Below are positions 54,359-63,682 of a stretch of 64,000 nucleotides of DNA, one piece after another. The position numbers and the translations under genes were made by a program. The DNA is from Gemmatimonadota bacterium. GTDB taxonomy: Bacteria; Gemmatimonadota; Gemmatimonadetes; Palauibacterales; Palauibacteraceae. Positions within the stretch are counted from its first letter, which is position 1. Each line of letters opens with the position of its first letter. Under the pieces are notes generated by a model. That model saw only the letters and a program-made list of their open reading frames with translations, ran no database searches and was not told where the DNA came from. The DNA lies in the NCBI GenBank assembly GCA_963666735.1, contig OY762926.1:352001-416000 (forward strand). Direction: 5' to 3'.

Positions 54359-55651
54359 GTGAACTCGATGATCAAGTCGCTGCGTCTCGCCAACTTTAAG
54401 AATTTCGCGGACGAAACCCTACGCATGGGGCCGTTCACGGTCGTGGTGGGTGCGAACGCGAGCGGAAAGAGCAACATCCGCGACGCCTTCCGCATCCTTC
54501 ATGGGATCGGCCGCGGCTACGGCCTCGCCGAAATCCTTGGGGGCAGGTACGGTCCCGGAGGGGAACTTCAGTGGAACCCGATCCGCGGCGCGCCAAGTGA
54601 GATCGCCCGCCTCGGCTCAGCTTCCCTCACGCTGCAAGTCGAAATGAATCTTACCGGCCAGGCGCGAGCGCGGCCGCCGCTGATGAAGTACGGCATCAAG
54701 ATTGCCGTAGAGCAGGGAGCCTCACGGGAGTTCCGCGTCGTTTCCGAGAACCTGACCGTGAGGAACAAACCCATCTATACGAGTCACCCGCCGGCACCTG
54801 ATCCTGTAGCGAAACAAGATGACGAGACAAACTTCCTGCTGCGTATGGCCAAGACCGGCGATCAGAGGAAATACGGGCACCGCGTGATGGTGAGACCGGA
54901 TCAGCCCGCGCTCACACAGATTCGAGAACACAAGAAGGTGGTGCGGCCGCACAAGGATTATGCGCAGCAGGTCATCGAGACGTTGGCGAACATGCGGTTC
55001 CTCGATCTCCTCCCCGATAGAATGCGTCGACCGGCATTCCCTGGGCAGAGCACCTTAGGGGACAGAGGCGAGAACCTGCCCACGGTGCTCAAGGAGATCT
55101 GTGAGGACCCTTCTCGCCGCAGTGCCCTGGTGTCATGGATCCGAGAACTGACCCCAATGGATGTAGAGGATCTCAAATTCGTCAGCGACCCGACGACGGG
55201 ATTGATCCAACTCGTATTCCGTGAGACGGATGGAAGCGATATCTCAGCCTATTCCGCTTCTGATGGGACGCTCCGGTTCCTCGCTGTACTGGCGGCTCTT
55301 CTGGCGAAGAATCCTGTGGGTCTGCATGTATTCGAAGAGATCGATAACGGCATTCACCCGTCGCGCCTGCGGTTGCTACTCGATCTGATCGAAAGTCAGA
55401 CCAAGAAGGGGCGGACGCAGGTTGTAACCACAACTCACTCCCCAGGCCTCCTCTCGATGGTTGGCGACGAGACCTTCGACAGCACGGGTGTGGTCGTCCG
55501 GCGACCGCATGCGAACGATAGTGTCATTGCCTCGGTGGCAAACCTTCCCGACGCCAAAAACCTGAGAGGATCCACGGGCCTCGGCAGCCTGCTCGAGTCG
55601 AACTGGCTGGAGGATGCCGTGATCTTTATGCTCCCGGACGACGGCACTTGA
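54359..55651 (+). CDS. ABC-type (AAA_15/AAA_21-like) ATPase
   Basis: NFKNF, Walker A GANASGKS, SDGTLRFL, Walker B FEEIDNGIHP, H-loop TTHSP; start GTG 54359 or ATG 54368. Confidence 0.88.
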   Translation: MNSMIKSLRLANFKNFADETLRMGPFTVVVGANASGKSNIRDAFRILHGIGRGYGLAEILGGRYGPGGELQWNPIRGAPSEIARLGSASLTLQVEMNLTGQARARPPLMKYGIKIAVEQGASREFRVVSENLTVRNKPIYTSHPPAPDPVAKQDDETNFLLRMAKTGDQRKYGHRVMVRPDQPALTQIREHKKVVRPHKDYAQQVIETLANMRFLDLLPDRMRRPAFPGQSTLGDRGENLPTVLKEICEDPSRRSALVSWIRELTPMDVEDLKFVSDPTTGLIQLVFRETDGSDISAYSASDGTLRFLAVLAALLAKNPVGLHVFEEIDNGIHPSRLRLLLDLIESQTKKGRTQVVTTTHSPGLLSMVGDETFDSTGVVVRRPHANDSVIASVANLPDAKNLRGSTGLGSLLESNWLEDAVIFMLPDDGT

Positions 55652-55661
55652 GGATCCTGAA

Positions 55662-56243
55662 TTGAACGTGCTCATCATCCCGGAGGACTTTCGCAACGAT
55701 CAGTACATCCTGCGGCCGCTCTTCCAACGGCTCTTTCGGCGTCTCGGAAAGCCAACTGCGAGGATCCGAGTTTGTCAGAATCCGCGATTGGGAGGAGTCG
55801 ATCAGGCTCTGAGAGTCGAGCGCCTTGCCGCGATCGTCGAGCAGTATCGCGGGATGACCGACCTATTCATTCTCTGCGTTGATCGCGATGGGCAGGTTGG
55901 CCGACGGAGTCGACTCGACAGCATCGAACGGCAGTTGGCCGGTCCGCCCGTATTCCTGGCCGAGAATGCCTGGGAGGAGCTGGAGACCTGGCTTCTGGCC
56001 GGCGTGCAGCTTCCAGCCGGTTGGCATTGGTCGCAGGTCCGAGCCGAAGTACACGTCAAGGAGGCGTACTTCGAAAGGCTCGCACGGCGCCGGGGTCTGG
56101 AGGACCATCCGGGAGGAGGACGCAAGCCACTCGGGGAGGAAGCGGCGCGGAGCGTGGAAGGTATTCGGACGAAGTGCCAGGAGGACTTCGACGCGTTGGC
56201 CCGACGGATTGAGGACTGGCTGGCTCTACCAATAGGGACGTGA
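55662..56243 (+). CDS. DUF4276/TOPRIM-like partner protein
   Basis: IIPED..D and CVDRD acidic motifs; ELETWLLAG; directly follows the ATPase. Confidence 0.65.
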   Translation: MNVLIIPEDFRNDQYILRPLFQRLFRRLGKPTARIRVCQNPRLGGVDQALRVERLAAIVEQYRGMTDLFILCVDRDGQVGRRSRLDSIERQLAGPPVFLAENAWEELETWLLAGVQLPAGWHWSQVRAEVHVKEAYFERLARRRGLEDHPGGGRKPLGEEAARSVEGIRTKCQEDFDALARRIEDWLALPIGT

Positions 56244-57520
56244 CTGACATCCATCTTAGGGACCGCGACCTCGCCCTACTGCAAGGAGATGCGGGGGAGG
56301 GCACGCGGCTCGCGATGTCGATCCTCGCGCGCATGGCCGATGTGGCCGGGGCGCGGGAACTGCTCGACATCACGGCGGCGCACATCGATTCGTCGCTCTA
56401 CCAGGGACCGGCGACGCTCGAATTCGCGGAGCGTCTGGCCGAGGGCGGCGCACGGGTCCGGGTCCCGACGACGCTCAACGTGTCGGGCGTGGACGAACAC
56501 GGATGGCGCGAGTGGGACGTATCCGAATCCTGGGCGGAACCGGCGCGCCGCCAGATGGAGGCGTACGAGGCGATGGGTTGCGAGCCCACCTGGACGTGCG
56601 CGCCGTATCAGACACAGCCGCGCCCGGGGGTCGGGGAGCAGGTGGCGTGGGGCGAGTCGAGCGCGATCGTGTTCGCGAACTCGGTGCTGGGCGCGCGCAC
56701 CGAGCGCTACCCGGACCTGCTGGACATCTGTTGCGCGGTCACGGGCCGGGCCCCGGCCGCGGGGCTCCACCTGACCGGGAATCGAGCGGGGCAGGTGCTC
56801 GTCGATCTATCGGGCGTCCCGCGGCGGCTCGCCGAGGAGCCGGCGCTGTACCCGGTGCTGGGACACTGGACCGGGTTGCGCGTGGAGGGGCGGATCCCGG
56901 TGCTCGACGGACTTCGGGCCCGGCCGGGAGAGGACGACCTGAAGGCGCTGGGCGCCGCCATGGCCTCCTCCGGCGCCGTAGGCCTGTTCCACTGGGTCAG
57001 CCTCACGCCGGAGGCGCCGGACCTGGACGCGGCGTTTCAGGGGAGGGGACCGGCGACTCGGCTGCGTCCGGGGCCCGCGGCGCTGCGAGCGGCGCGGGAT
57101 GAACTCGGCTCGGGGCTGTCCGACGCGGACGGGCTCGACCTCGTCGTGCTGGGGAGCCCGCACTTCTCACTGTCGGAATTCGCGGGTCTAGCCCGGCTCG
57201 TGGAAGGGCGGCGGCGTCACCCGGGCGTTCGCGTGCTCATCACGACGGGCCGCGCGGTACGCGCGCTGGCGCGGGAGGCCGGGTACCTCGACGCGATTGA
57301 ACGGTTCGGAGGCGAACTGACCGTGGACACCTGCATCCTGACGACGCCCATGCTGCCCGAGAGCATCCGGCGACTCATGACCAACTCCGCCAAGTACGCC
57401 TGGTACACCCCCGGCTTGCTCGATCGCGCCGTCGCCTTCGGGAGCCTGGCAGACTGTGTGGATTCTGCCGTCGCCGGGCGCGTCACGCGGGACGACGGCG
57501 CATGGACCGCCGAACCGTGA
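56240..57520 (+). CDS. Aconitase X catalytic subunit (DUF521)
   Basis: AHID, TWTCAPY, WGESSA..FANSVLGART, GSPH.S, DTC and TNSAK.A.Y motifs. Confidence 0.9.
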   Translation: MTDIHLRDRDLALLQGDAGEGTRLAMSILARMADVAGARELLDITAAHIDSSLYQGPATLEFAERLAEGGARVRVPTTLNVSGVDEHGWREWDVSESWAEPARRQMEAYEAMGCEPTWTCAPYQTQPRPGVGEQVAWGESSAIVFANSVLGARTERYPDLLDICCAVTGRAPAAGLHLTGNRAGQVLVDLSGVPRRLAEEPALYPVLGHWTGLRVEGRIPVLDGLRARPGEDDLKALGAAMASSGAVGLFHWVSLTPEAPDLDAAFQGRGPATRLRPGPAALRAARDELGSGLSDADGLDLVVLGSPHFSLSEFAGLARLVEGRRRHPGVRVLITTGRAVRALAREAGYLDAIERFGGELTVDTCILTTPMLPESIRRLMTNSAKYAWYTPGLLDRAVAFGSLADCVDSAVAGRVTRDDGAWTAEP

Positions 57521-57957
57521 GTGATCGACGGGCCGCATCGGGTTCCGGTCCGCTGGCCGGCCGAGCGCTCGTCCCGGGTGCCGCGGAAGGCGCCGTCCTC
57601 TACTCCTCCGAGCCGCTCAGCTTCTGGGGCGGCTACGACGCCGAGACCGGGGAGATCATCGACCGGCGCCATCCGCTGGTCGGCCGGATCGGGGCCGGCC
57701 GCATCCTGGCCATCCCGGCGACCCGCGGGTCCAGCACGACGACCGCCGTCCTCCTCGAAGCCATCCGCCGCGGCACGGCCCCGGCGGCGTTTCTGACCCG
57801 CGGCCCCGACACCTTCCTCGCGCTCGCCGCCATAGTCGCCGCCCAGCTCTACGCCCGGTCTCCGCCGGTCGTCGCACTCTCCTCTGCAGACTTCGAGAAG
57901 GTAGAGGAGATCCATCGCGCCCGCGTCGACTCCGCAGGCGCGATTATACCCATCTAA
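57517..57957 (+). CDS. Aconitase X swivel subunit (DUF126)
   Basis: LSFWGGYD..TG.IID..HPL and RGSST motifs; GTGA overlap. Confidence 0.9.
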   Translation: MSDRRAASGSGPLAGRALVPGAAEGAVLYSSEPLSFWGGYDAETGEIIDRRHPLVGRIGAGRILAIPATRGSSTTTAVLLEAIRRGTAPAAFLTRGPDTFLALAAIVAAQLYARSPPVVALSSADFEKVEEIHRARVDSAGAIIPI

Positions 57958-57971
57958 ATCTAAACCGGAAT

Positions 57972-59444
57972 TCAGCGCCGGTAGTCGAGCGGCGGCGGGC
58001 GGTCGCCCAGCAGCGCCTCGTATGCGAAGTTCAAGCCGCGCCGCTCCGTCAGTTCCTCCCACGCCGAGGCGATCACGTTCGGCGACTGGAAGAGTTCGAT
58101 CGTGGTCAGCGCAAGCGTCTTGGCCGCGACCATCATCCCCTTCGTGCCGATGTCCGTGCCGCCGGCCGCGACCGCCTGCCAGCTGTGCGCGGAAGTGCCC
58201 GGCACCCACGTGGCCGTCCCGAGACCTGCGGTCGGCACGACCCAGCTGATGTCGCCCACGTCGGTCGACCCGCCGCCGACGCCCTCGACGCCGAACTCGA
58301 CGATCTCGCTCTCTGATCCCAGCGGCCGCGAAGGGCCGCCCTCGAAGGTGGCCTGGATCTGCCGGGCGAAGGCGCGTTCCGCCTCCGTGTACTCCACGCC
58401 GCCCACCTTGCGCAGATTCGCGTCCATCACCTTGCCGAGGGCGACGTTGGGCACGAGGTCGTACAGCCCGTGGATGACCTCGTACTCCATCTCCGTCCCC
58501 GTCCCGAGCGCCGCACCCTCGGCCGCCCGCGCCACGCGTTCGAACAGCTCCAGCACCGTCGGGGCGTAGGGGTGCCGTACGTAGTAATAGACCTCGGCGA
58601 AGTCCGGCACGACGTTGGGGGCGAACCCGCCCTGCGTGATGACGTAGTGGATGCGCGTCTCCTGCGGGACGTGTTCGCGCATGAGGTTCACCATGTGGTT
58701 CATCGCCTCCACCCCGTCGAGGGCGCTACGCCCCCGGTCCGGCGCCCCCGCGGCGTGCGCGGAGTAGCCGCTGAAGCGGAACTTCGCCGACTTGTTGGCG
58801 AGCGAGCGTCCGGCCTGTGCGCTGTTCCGCGAACTCGGGTGCCAGTGCAGCGCCACGTCCACATCGTCGAACAGGCCGTCGCGCACCATGTACACCTTGC
58901 CCGCGCCGCCCTCCTCGGCCGGCGTGCCGTAGAGCCGGATCGTCCCCTCATGGCCCGACTCGTCGAGCCACTCCTTGACCGCGATGGCCGCCGCCACGGA
59001 GCCGGTGCCGAACAGGTGGTGGCCGCACGCGTGACCCGCGCCCCCCTCGATGATGGGCGAGCGCTCCGGCACCGCATCCTGCGAGATGCCCGGCAGGGCG
59101 TCGTATTCCGCCAGGATCCCGATGATCGGCCCTCCGGAACCGTAGCTCGCCACGAAGGCGGTGGGCATCCCCGCAACCCCGGATTCGACGGAGAACCCGG
59201 CCGCCTCGAGTTCGCCCTTCAGCAACTCGGAACTCTGCTCCTCCTGGTAGCCGACCTCGGCCCACTCCCAGATCTGCCGCGCGACGCCCGCGTAGTGGTC
59301 GCGACGCGCCTCAATGCCCGCGATCTGCGCGTCCTGAGCCGCCGCCACGAGGGGCAGCGGGAATACGGCCACGAAGGCGCCGACGAGGAGCCGGCGGCCG
59401 AGGAGCTTCCTGTTCGCGACGGGACTTCCGGCTGACATGGACAT
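57972..59444 (-). CDS. M20 amidohydrolase, AbgB-like, exported
   Basis: EYDALPG, GHACGHH, GTPAEEG, HWHP, GRSALD, GSTDVGD and HSWQ motifs. Confidence 0.88.
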   Translation of the reverse strand: MSMSAGSPVANRKLLGRRLLVGAFVAVFPLPLVAAAQDAQIAGIEARRDHYAGVARQIWEWAEVGYQEEQSSELLKGELEAAGFSVESGVAGMPTAFVASYGSGGPIIGILAEYDALPGISQDAVPERSPIIEGGAGHACGHHLFGTGSVAAAIAVKEWLDESGHEGTIRLYGTPAEEGGAGKVYMVRDGLFDDVDVALHWHPSSRNSAQAGRSLANKSAKFRFSGYSAHAAGAPDRGRSALDGVEAMNHMVNLMREHVPQETRIHYVITQGGFAPNVVPDFAEVYYYVRHPYAPTVLELFERVARAAEGAALGTGTEMEYEVIHGLYDLVPNVALGKVMDANLRKVGGVEYTEAERAFARQIQATFEGGPSRPLGSESEIVEFGVEGVGGGSTDVGDISWVVPTAGLGTATWVPGTSAHSWQAVAAGGTDIGTKGMMVAAKTLALTTIELFQSPNVIASAWEELTERRGLNFAYEALLGDRPPPLDYRR

Positions 59445-59559
59445 GCTTCTGGAACTCCTCGAAGGGGGACGGATAGAACGGTCTGGAGAAGCTGGCCCGG
59501 CGAAGCGCGTCTGGCTAGCCTTGCTCGCCATTTCTCGTACCGGTCGCGGAGGGTTGGGG

Positions 59560-60432
59560 GTGGAGAAAACGAAGTTTCCGGGGGTTCTGTGCGTACTGGC
59601 CGCGGCCCTCACGGCCGTGCCCGCGGAATCCTTGCAGGAAGCACGGGAAGAAACGGACCCGAGTTGGGAGTACAACGCCGAGTTGAGCCTGCTCTTCACG
59701 TCGGGCAACTCGACCGTTCGCACCTTCGGAATCGGCGGAGGAGCCCGGCGTGAGTGGGCAGGCGGTGAGCTGTCCCTGCGCGCGGGCGGCCTTCGGACCG
59801 AGTCCGGCACGACCCGGCGCATCGCCGTCGGCACGGCGGAAGACTTCACGGTGAGGAGCGAGTCCGATCCCGAGCCGACGGCCGAGAACTACTTCGCGCG
59901 GGGCGAGTTCGAGCGTTCGTTCTCGGACCATGTCCACCTTACGATGGGCGCCGGCTGGGAGCGGAACACCTTCGCGGGGTACGAGAGCAAGCTCTCCCTG
60001 GTCGGCGGCATCGGAAACGTGTGGATCGACAACGAGAGGACCCGGCTCAAGAGCGACTACGGGTTGACCCTCACCGCCCAGAACGACGTCATCGAGGATC
60101 CCGGCAAGAGCTCGACGTTCGGCGGAGTCCGCGTCTCCACCAGCTTTCGGCGCCAATTGACGGAGACGGCCAACCTCGAGAGCACGCTGACGCTGGACGA
60201 GAACCTCACGGATGCCGCGGACCTCCGCGCCGATCTCGCCAACTCCCTGGCGGTCGACATCAACAGCTCCCTGGCCGTGAAGACGGGCCTCCGCCTCGTG
60301 TGGGACAACGCGCCGGCCCTCACGCGGGCGCCGCTGGAGGAGCCCGGAGGGATCTCGGCCGGTGAGACGGTTCTCGTCCCGCGCCACAAGCTGGACTCCA
60401 CGCTGACGATCGCGCTCGTCGCCAACTTCTGA
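59560..60432 (+). CDS. DUF481 (YdiY-like) outer-membrane beta-barrel
   Basis: Signal peptide; TSGNS, WERNTFAG, DN.P motifs; terminal ANF. Confidence 0.75.
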   Translation: MEKTKFPGVLCVLAAALTAVPAESLQEAREETDPSWEYNAELSLLFTSGNSTVRTFGIGGGARREWAGGELSLRAGGLRTESGTTRRIAVGTAEDFTVRSESDPEPTAENYFARGEFERSFSDHVHLTMGAGWERNTFAGYESKLSLVGGIGNVWIDNERTRLKSDYGLTLTAQNDVIEDPGKSSTFGGVRVSTSFRRQLTETANLESTLTLDENLTDAADLRADLANSLAVDINSSLAVKTGLRLVWDNAPALTRAPLEEPGGISAGETVLVPRHKLDSTLTIALVANF

Positions 60433-61035
60433 CCCCGCGAGCGGCCCGTCCCGCGCCCGGAACCGGGGCGCTCCAGCCCGGGACGGGAAGCTCCGCGAGC
60501 CCCTCGGTGACTCGCTGGCCTGCGGTCATGCCTCCGACGATGAAGGCTCGGTCGCCCGCCAGTGCGATGCCGCGGTGGTCCATCGTGGACGTGCCCGGCG
60601 CCTCGGCCGCGATCCAGCTCTCGGTCGCGACACCGAAGGCGAACGCACCCGCCCAGGGCTCGGCCGTCCGTCCGTCGTATCCGATCCCGTCTCCCGCGAT
60701 GCCTCCCGCGTATCCGAAGACGGGCGGACCCGGGATCGGCGTCGCCTGCTCCCAGGCGTTCCGCTCCGGATCGTAGATCTGGACGGCGGCCACGTTGTCC
60801 GAGTCGTGCCAGCCCGAGACGAGGTAGATCAGCGAGTCGCGCCACACGCCCGAGACGGCGTCGTCCACGGGTAGGGGCATGGGAGCGGCGGCGGGGCATC
60901 CGGGCCGGAATCCCCGCTGTTCCCGGGCGTCCCGCACCCGGTGCCCGCGAGCGCCGCCCCCAGGCTGAAGGCGCGAAGCCCGGCACGCACGGGGATCGGC
61001 GCCCCGTGCGGCAGGACCGGCCTCACGGCCTGCAT
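60320..61035 (-). pseudogene. Disrupted Kelch-repeat lipoprotein
   Basis: Lipoprotein-like N-terminus (AGTGC) is in one frame; Kelch fragments (PLPVDDA, IYLVSGW, VQIYDP..NAW, MDHRG, IVGG) are in another; too few blades; 3' end runs into the convergent gene. Confidence 0.6.
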
Positions 61036-61047
61036 GTCATCCGCATG

Positions 61048-61788
61048 TCAGAAGAACCCGAGCTGGTCCGGGGGCGTGTCGCCGGCAGCGGGGCGCTCCC
61101 GCCAGCCCGCTGCCTCCCGGATCGGGGCGCTCCGCGGCTTCGCGCAGGCCGCATCGTCCGCGGCCACGCGGTTGACCCGGCGGCTGACCGCGAACACCTC
61201 CAGCGTCTCCGCGTCGAACGGCTGCAGCGGCGCCATGGTGCGCTCCGAGATGTCGAGATCGAGCCACATCTGCGCGCCCTCGCCCTCGAGGATGACCGGC
61301 ATGCGGCCGTGCAGCGGTTCGAGCAACTCGTTCGCGTCCGTCGTGACGATCGTGCAGGAGGGGATCGGGCCGTTCGGTCCCGGCCACACGTCCCACAGGC
61401 CCGCGAGCGCCATCGGCTCCCGGTCCCGCCGCCGGATGAGGTACGGCTGCCTCAGGCCGCCCTCCTTCCGCCACTCGTAGAAGCCGTCGGAAAGGACAGC
61501 GCAGCGCCGGTCGATGAGGAGGTCGCGAAATGCCCGCCGGGTCTCGAGCGACTCGGAGCGGGCGTTGATCATGAGCGGGAGCGAAGCGGGGTCCTCCGCC
61601 CAGTGCGGGATCAGTCCCCAGCGCAGCAAGACGAGTTCGCGCCCCGCCTCTCCTCGCCGCAGCGCGATGACATCGTCGGTGGGCGCCACGTTGAACCGAG
61701 CCCCCCGGTCGCCGAGTCGCGACGGGTCGGCCTCGAAGAGTTCGGCCAGGTCCGGAACCGGGGTCCGAAGGCTGAATCGTCCGCACAT
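61048..61788 (-). CDS. SOS response-associated peptidase (SRAP/YedK family)
   Basis: MCGRF N-terminus, FNVAPT, WGLIP, INARSE, DGFYEW and H.RMPVIL motifs. Confidence 0.93.
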   Translation of the reverse strand: MCGRFSLRTPVPDLAELFEADPSRLGDRGARFNVAPTDDVIALRRGEAGRELVLLRWGLIPHWAEDPASLPLMINARSESLETRRAFRDLLIDRRCAVLSDGFYEWRKEGGLRQPYLIRRRDREPMALAGLWDVWPGPNGPIPSCTIVTTDANELLEPLHGRMPVILEGEGAQMWLDLDISERTMAPLQPFDAETLEVFAVSRRVNRVAADDAACAKPRSAPIREAAGWRERPAAGDTPPDQLGFF

Positions 61789-61926
61789 GCCGCCAAGGTA
61801 ACGCGCGGCACAGCCGGCGGCCCCGTTGCGGGTCCCGGCGCGCGCGCCGACAATCCTCCGGCCCGGTGACCGAGCCGGGCCTTGTTCCCCGAACCGCAAA
61901 CCAGCCACTCGAAGGGCATGGATCAG

Positions 61927-62781
61927 ATGAAGATCGCACTCGTCCAGCAGTCAGCCGGACCCGACCGCACCCACAACCTCGAGCGGGCGCTCGACGCGAT
62001 GGGGCGCGCCGCGTCGGAGGGTGCCGGTCTCGTCGCGTTCCCCGAACTTGCGATCGACCGCTTCTTCCCGCAGCGGCCGGACGACCCCGGCGCCGCGGAG
62101 ATCGCGGAGCCGATCCCCGGCCCCACCTGCGACCGAATCGCCGCCCGCGCCGGCGAACTCGGACTCGTCACCGTGTTCAACCAGTACGAACTCGGGCCCG
62201 ACGGGGGATGCTACGACAGCACACCCGTCTTCGACGCGAACGGCTCGCTGCTCGGCGTGACGCGCATGATGCACATCACCGAGTACGCGTGCTTCCACGA
62301 GCAGCACTACTACGCGAAGGGCGACACGGACGCGCTCGTCTACGACACCGCCGTGGGACGGGTGGGCGTCGCGATCTGCTACGACCGCCACTATCCGGAG
62401 TACATGCGGCGGCTGGGGGAACAGGGGGCGCAGCTCGTCGTCATCCCGCAGGCCGGGGCGGTCGGAGAGTGGCCCGAAGGGTTGTTCGAAGCCGAGTTGC
62501 GCGTGGCGGCCTTCCAGAACGGCTACTTCGCCGCGCTGGCCAACCGGGTCGGCGCGGAGCCCCGCCTCACGTTTGCCGGAGAGTCCTTCGCCGTCGATCC
62601 CGAGGGCGTCGTCCTTGCACGGGCGCCGGAAGGGGAAGAGACGATTCTCTACGCCGACGTGGACCTCTCGCGGTGCGCGGCCTCCACCGCGCGGCGGCTG
62701 TTCTGGCGCGACCGGCGCCCGGACGTGTATGCACGGTGGACAGAGCGCCTCGCCACGGCGTCGGCCGTGCCCGGCCGCTGA
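61927..62781 (+). CDS. Carbon-nitrogen hydrolase (N-carbamoylputrescine amidase-like)
   Basis: FPEL, ICYDRHYPE, ANRVG and RDRRP motifs; RMMHI where RKxHI is usual. Confidence 0.85.
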   Translation: MKIALVQQSAGPDRTHNLERALDAMGRAASEGAGLVAFPELAIDRFFPQRPDDPGAAEIAEPIPGPTCDRIAARAGELGLVTVFNQYELGPDGGCYDSTPVFDANGSLLGVTRMMHITEYACFHEQHYYAKGDTDALVYDTAVGRVGVAICYDRHYPEYMRRLGEQGAQLVVIPQAGAVGEWPEGLFEAELRVAAFQNGYFAALANRVGAEPRLTFAGESFAVDPEGVVLARAPEGEETILYADVDLSRCAASTARRLFWRDRRPDVYARWTERLATASAVPGR

Positions 62782-62810
62782 CTCAGGCCGTCCGCCGCCG
62801 GCTCCCGCTC

Positions 62811-63674
62811 GTGGAACTCCTCATCATCGTGGCCGTCCTCGTCGGCCTCATGGCCGTCGTTCGGCTCTTCATGCCCCGGATCGTCCCCTTCTTCGTCTTC
62901 TATCCGGAAACGCTCGAACCGCACGAGACCCACCCGCGGTACTGGGGATTCCCGCAGGCCACCGAGGTGCGCATCCCGACGGAGGACGCCGTCGAACTGC
63001 ACGCGTGGTGGTTTCCCGCGAACCCGCCGGAATCCAGGCGCGGGACCGCGATCTACTTCCACGGAAACGCCGGGCACCTGGGAGATCGCGGGGCGGTGGC
63101 CGCGGCGCTCTCGAACCTCGGACTCGACATCCTCCTGCCCGACTATCGAGGCTACGGAGCGAGCGGGGGGAAGCCCTCGGAGGAGGGACTCTACGCGGAC
63201 GCGAGAGCCGCATACCGCTGGCTGGTGGACCGGCGGGGCGCCGATCCGGAGCGGCTCCTTCCCCTGGGGAACTCTCTCGGAAGCTCCGTGGCGGCGGAAC
63301 TGGCGGTCACCCGCCCGGTGGCCGGCGTCGTTCTTCTCGGGCCGTTCACGGATACCCCGGCGATCGCCCGGCACCGCCTGTCCTGGCTCCCCGACTGGTA
63401 CCTGGACTGGCTGCACAACCGCTTCGACACGCTGGACCGGGCGCCCCGCATCGAGGTGCCGACGTTCGTCGCCGCCGGCGAGGAGGACCAGGTCATTCCA
63501 CCCGGACAGAGCCGCGAGGTCTTCGAGGCGCTGCGGGGACCGCGCCGCTGGCTCGAGATTCCGGGGGCGGGGCACAACGACATCTTCTCGCACGAGTTGC
63601 TGTGGCGAGAATTGCACCGCTTCACCCGGGACATACTGGTTGGTGAGCCGCCCGAACGGCGACCGGAGCCCTGA
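62811..63674 (+). CDS. Alpha/beta hydrolase (ABHD/BEM46-like)
   Basis: YFHGNAG, DYRGYG.S.G.PSE.G, GNSLG, D.VIP and GAGHND motifs. Confidence 0.9.
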   Translation: MELLIIVAVLVGLMAVVRLFMPRIVPFFVFYPETLEPHETHPRYWGFPQATEVRIPTEDAVELHAWWFPANPPESRRGTAIYFHGNAGHLGDRGAVAAALSNLGLDILLPDYRGYGASGGKPSEEGLYADARAAYRWLVDRRGADPERLLPLGNSLGSSVAAELAVTRPVAGVVLLGPFTDTPAIARHRLSWLPDWYLDWLHNRFDTLDRAPRIEVPTFVAAGEEDQVIPPGQSREVFEALRGPRRWLEIPGAGHNDIFSHELLWRELHRFTRDILVGEPPERRPEP

Positions 63675-63682
63675 ACCGTCCG

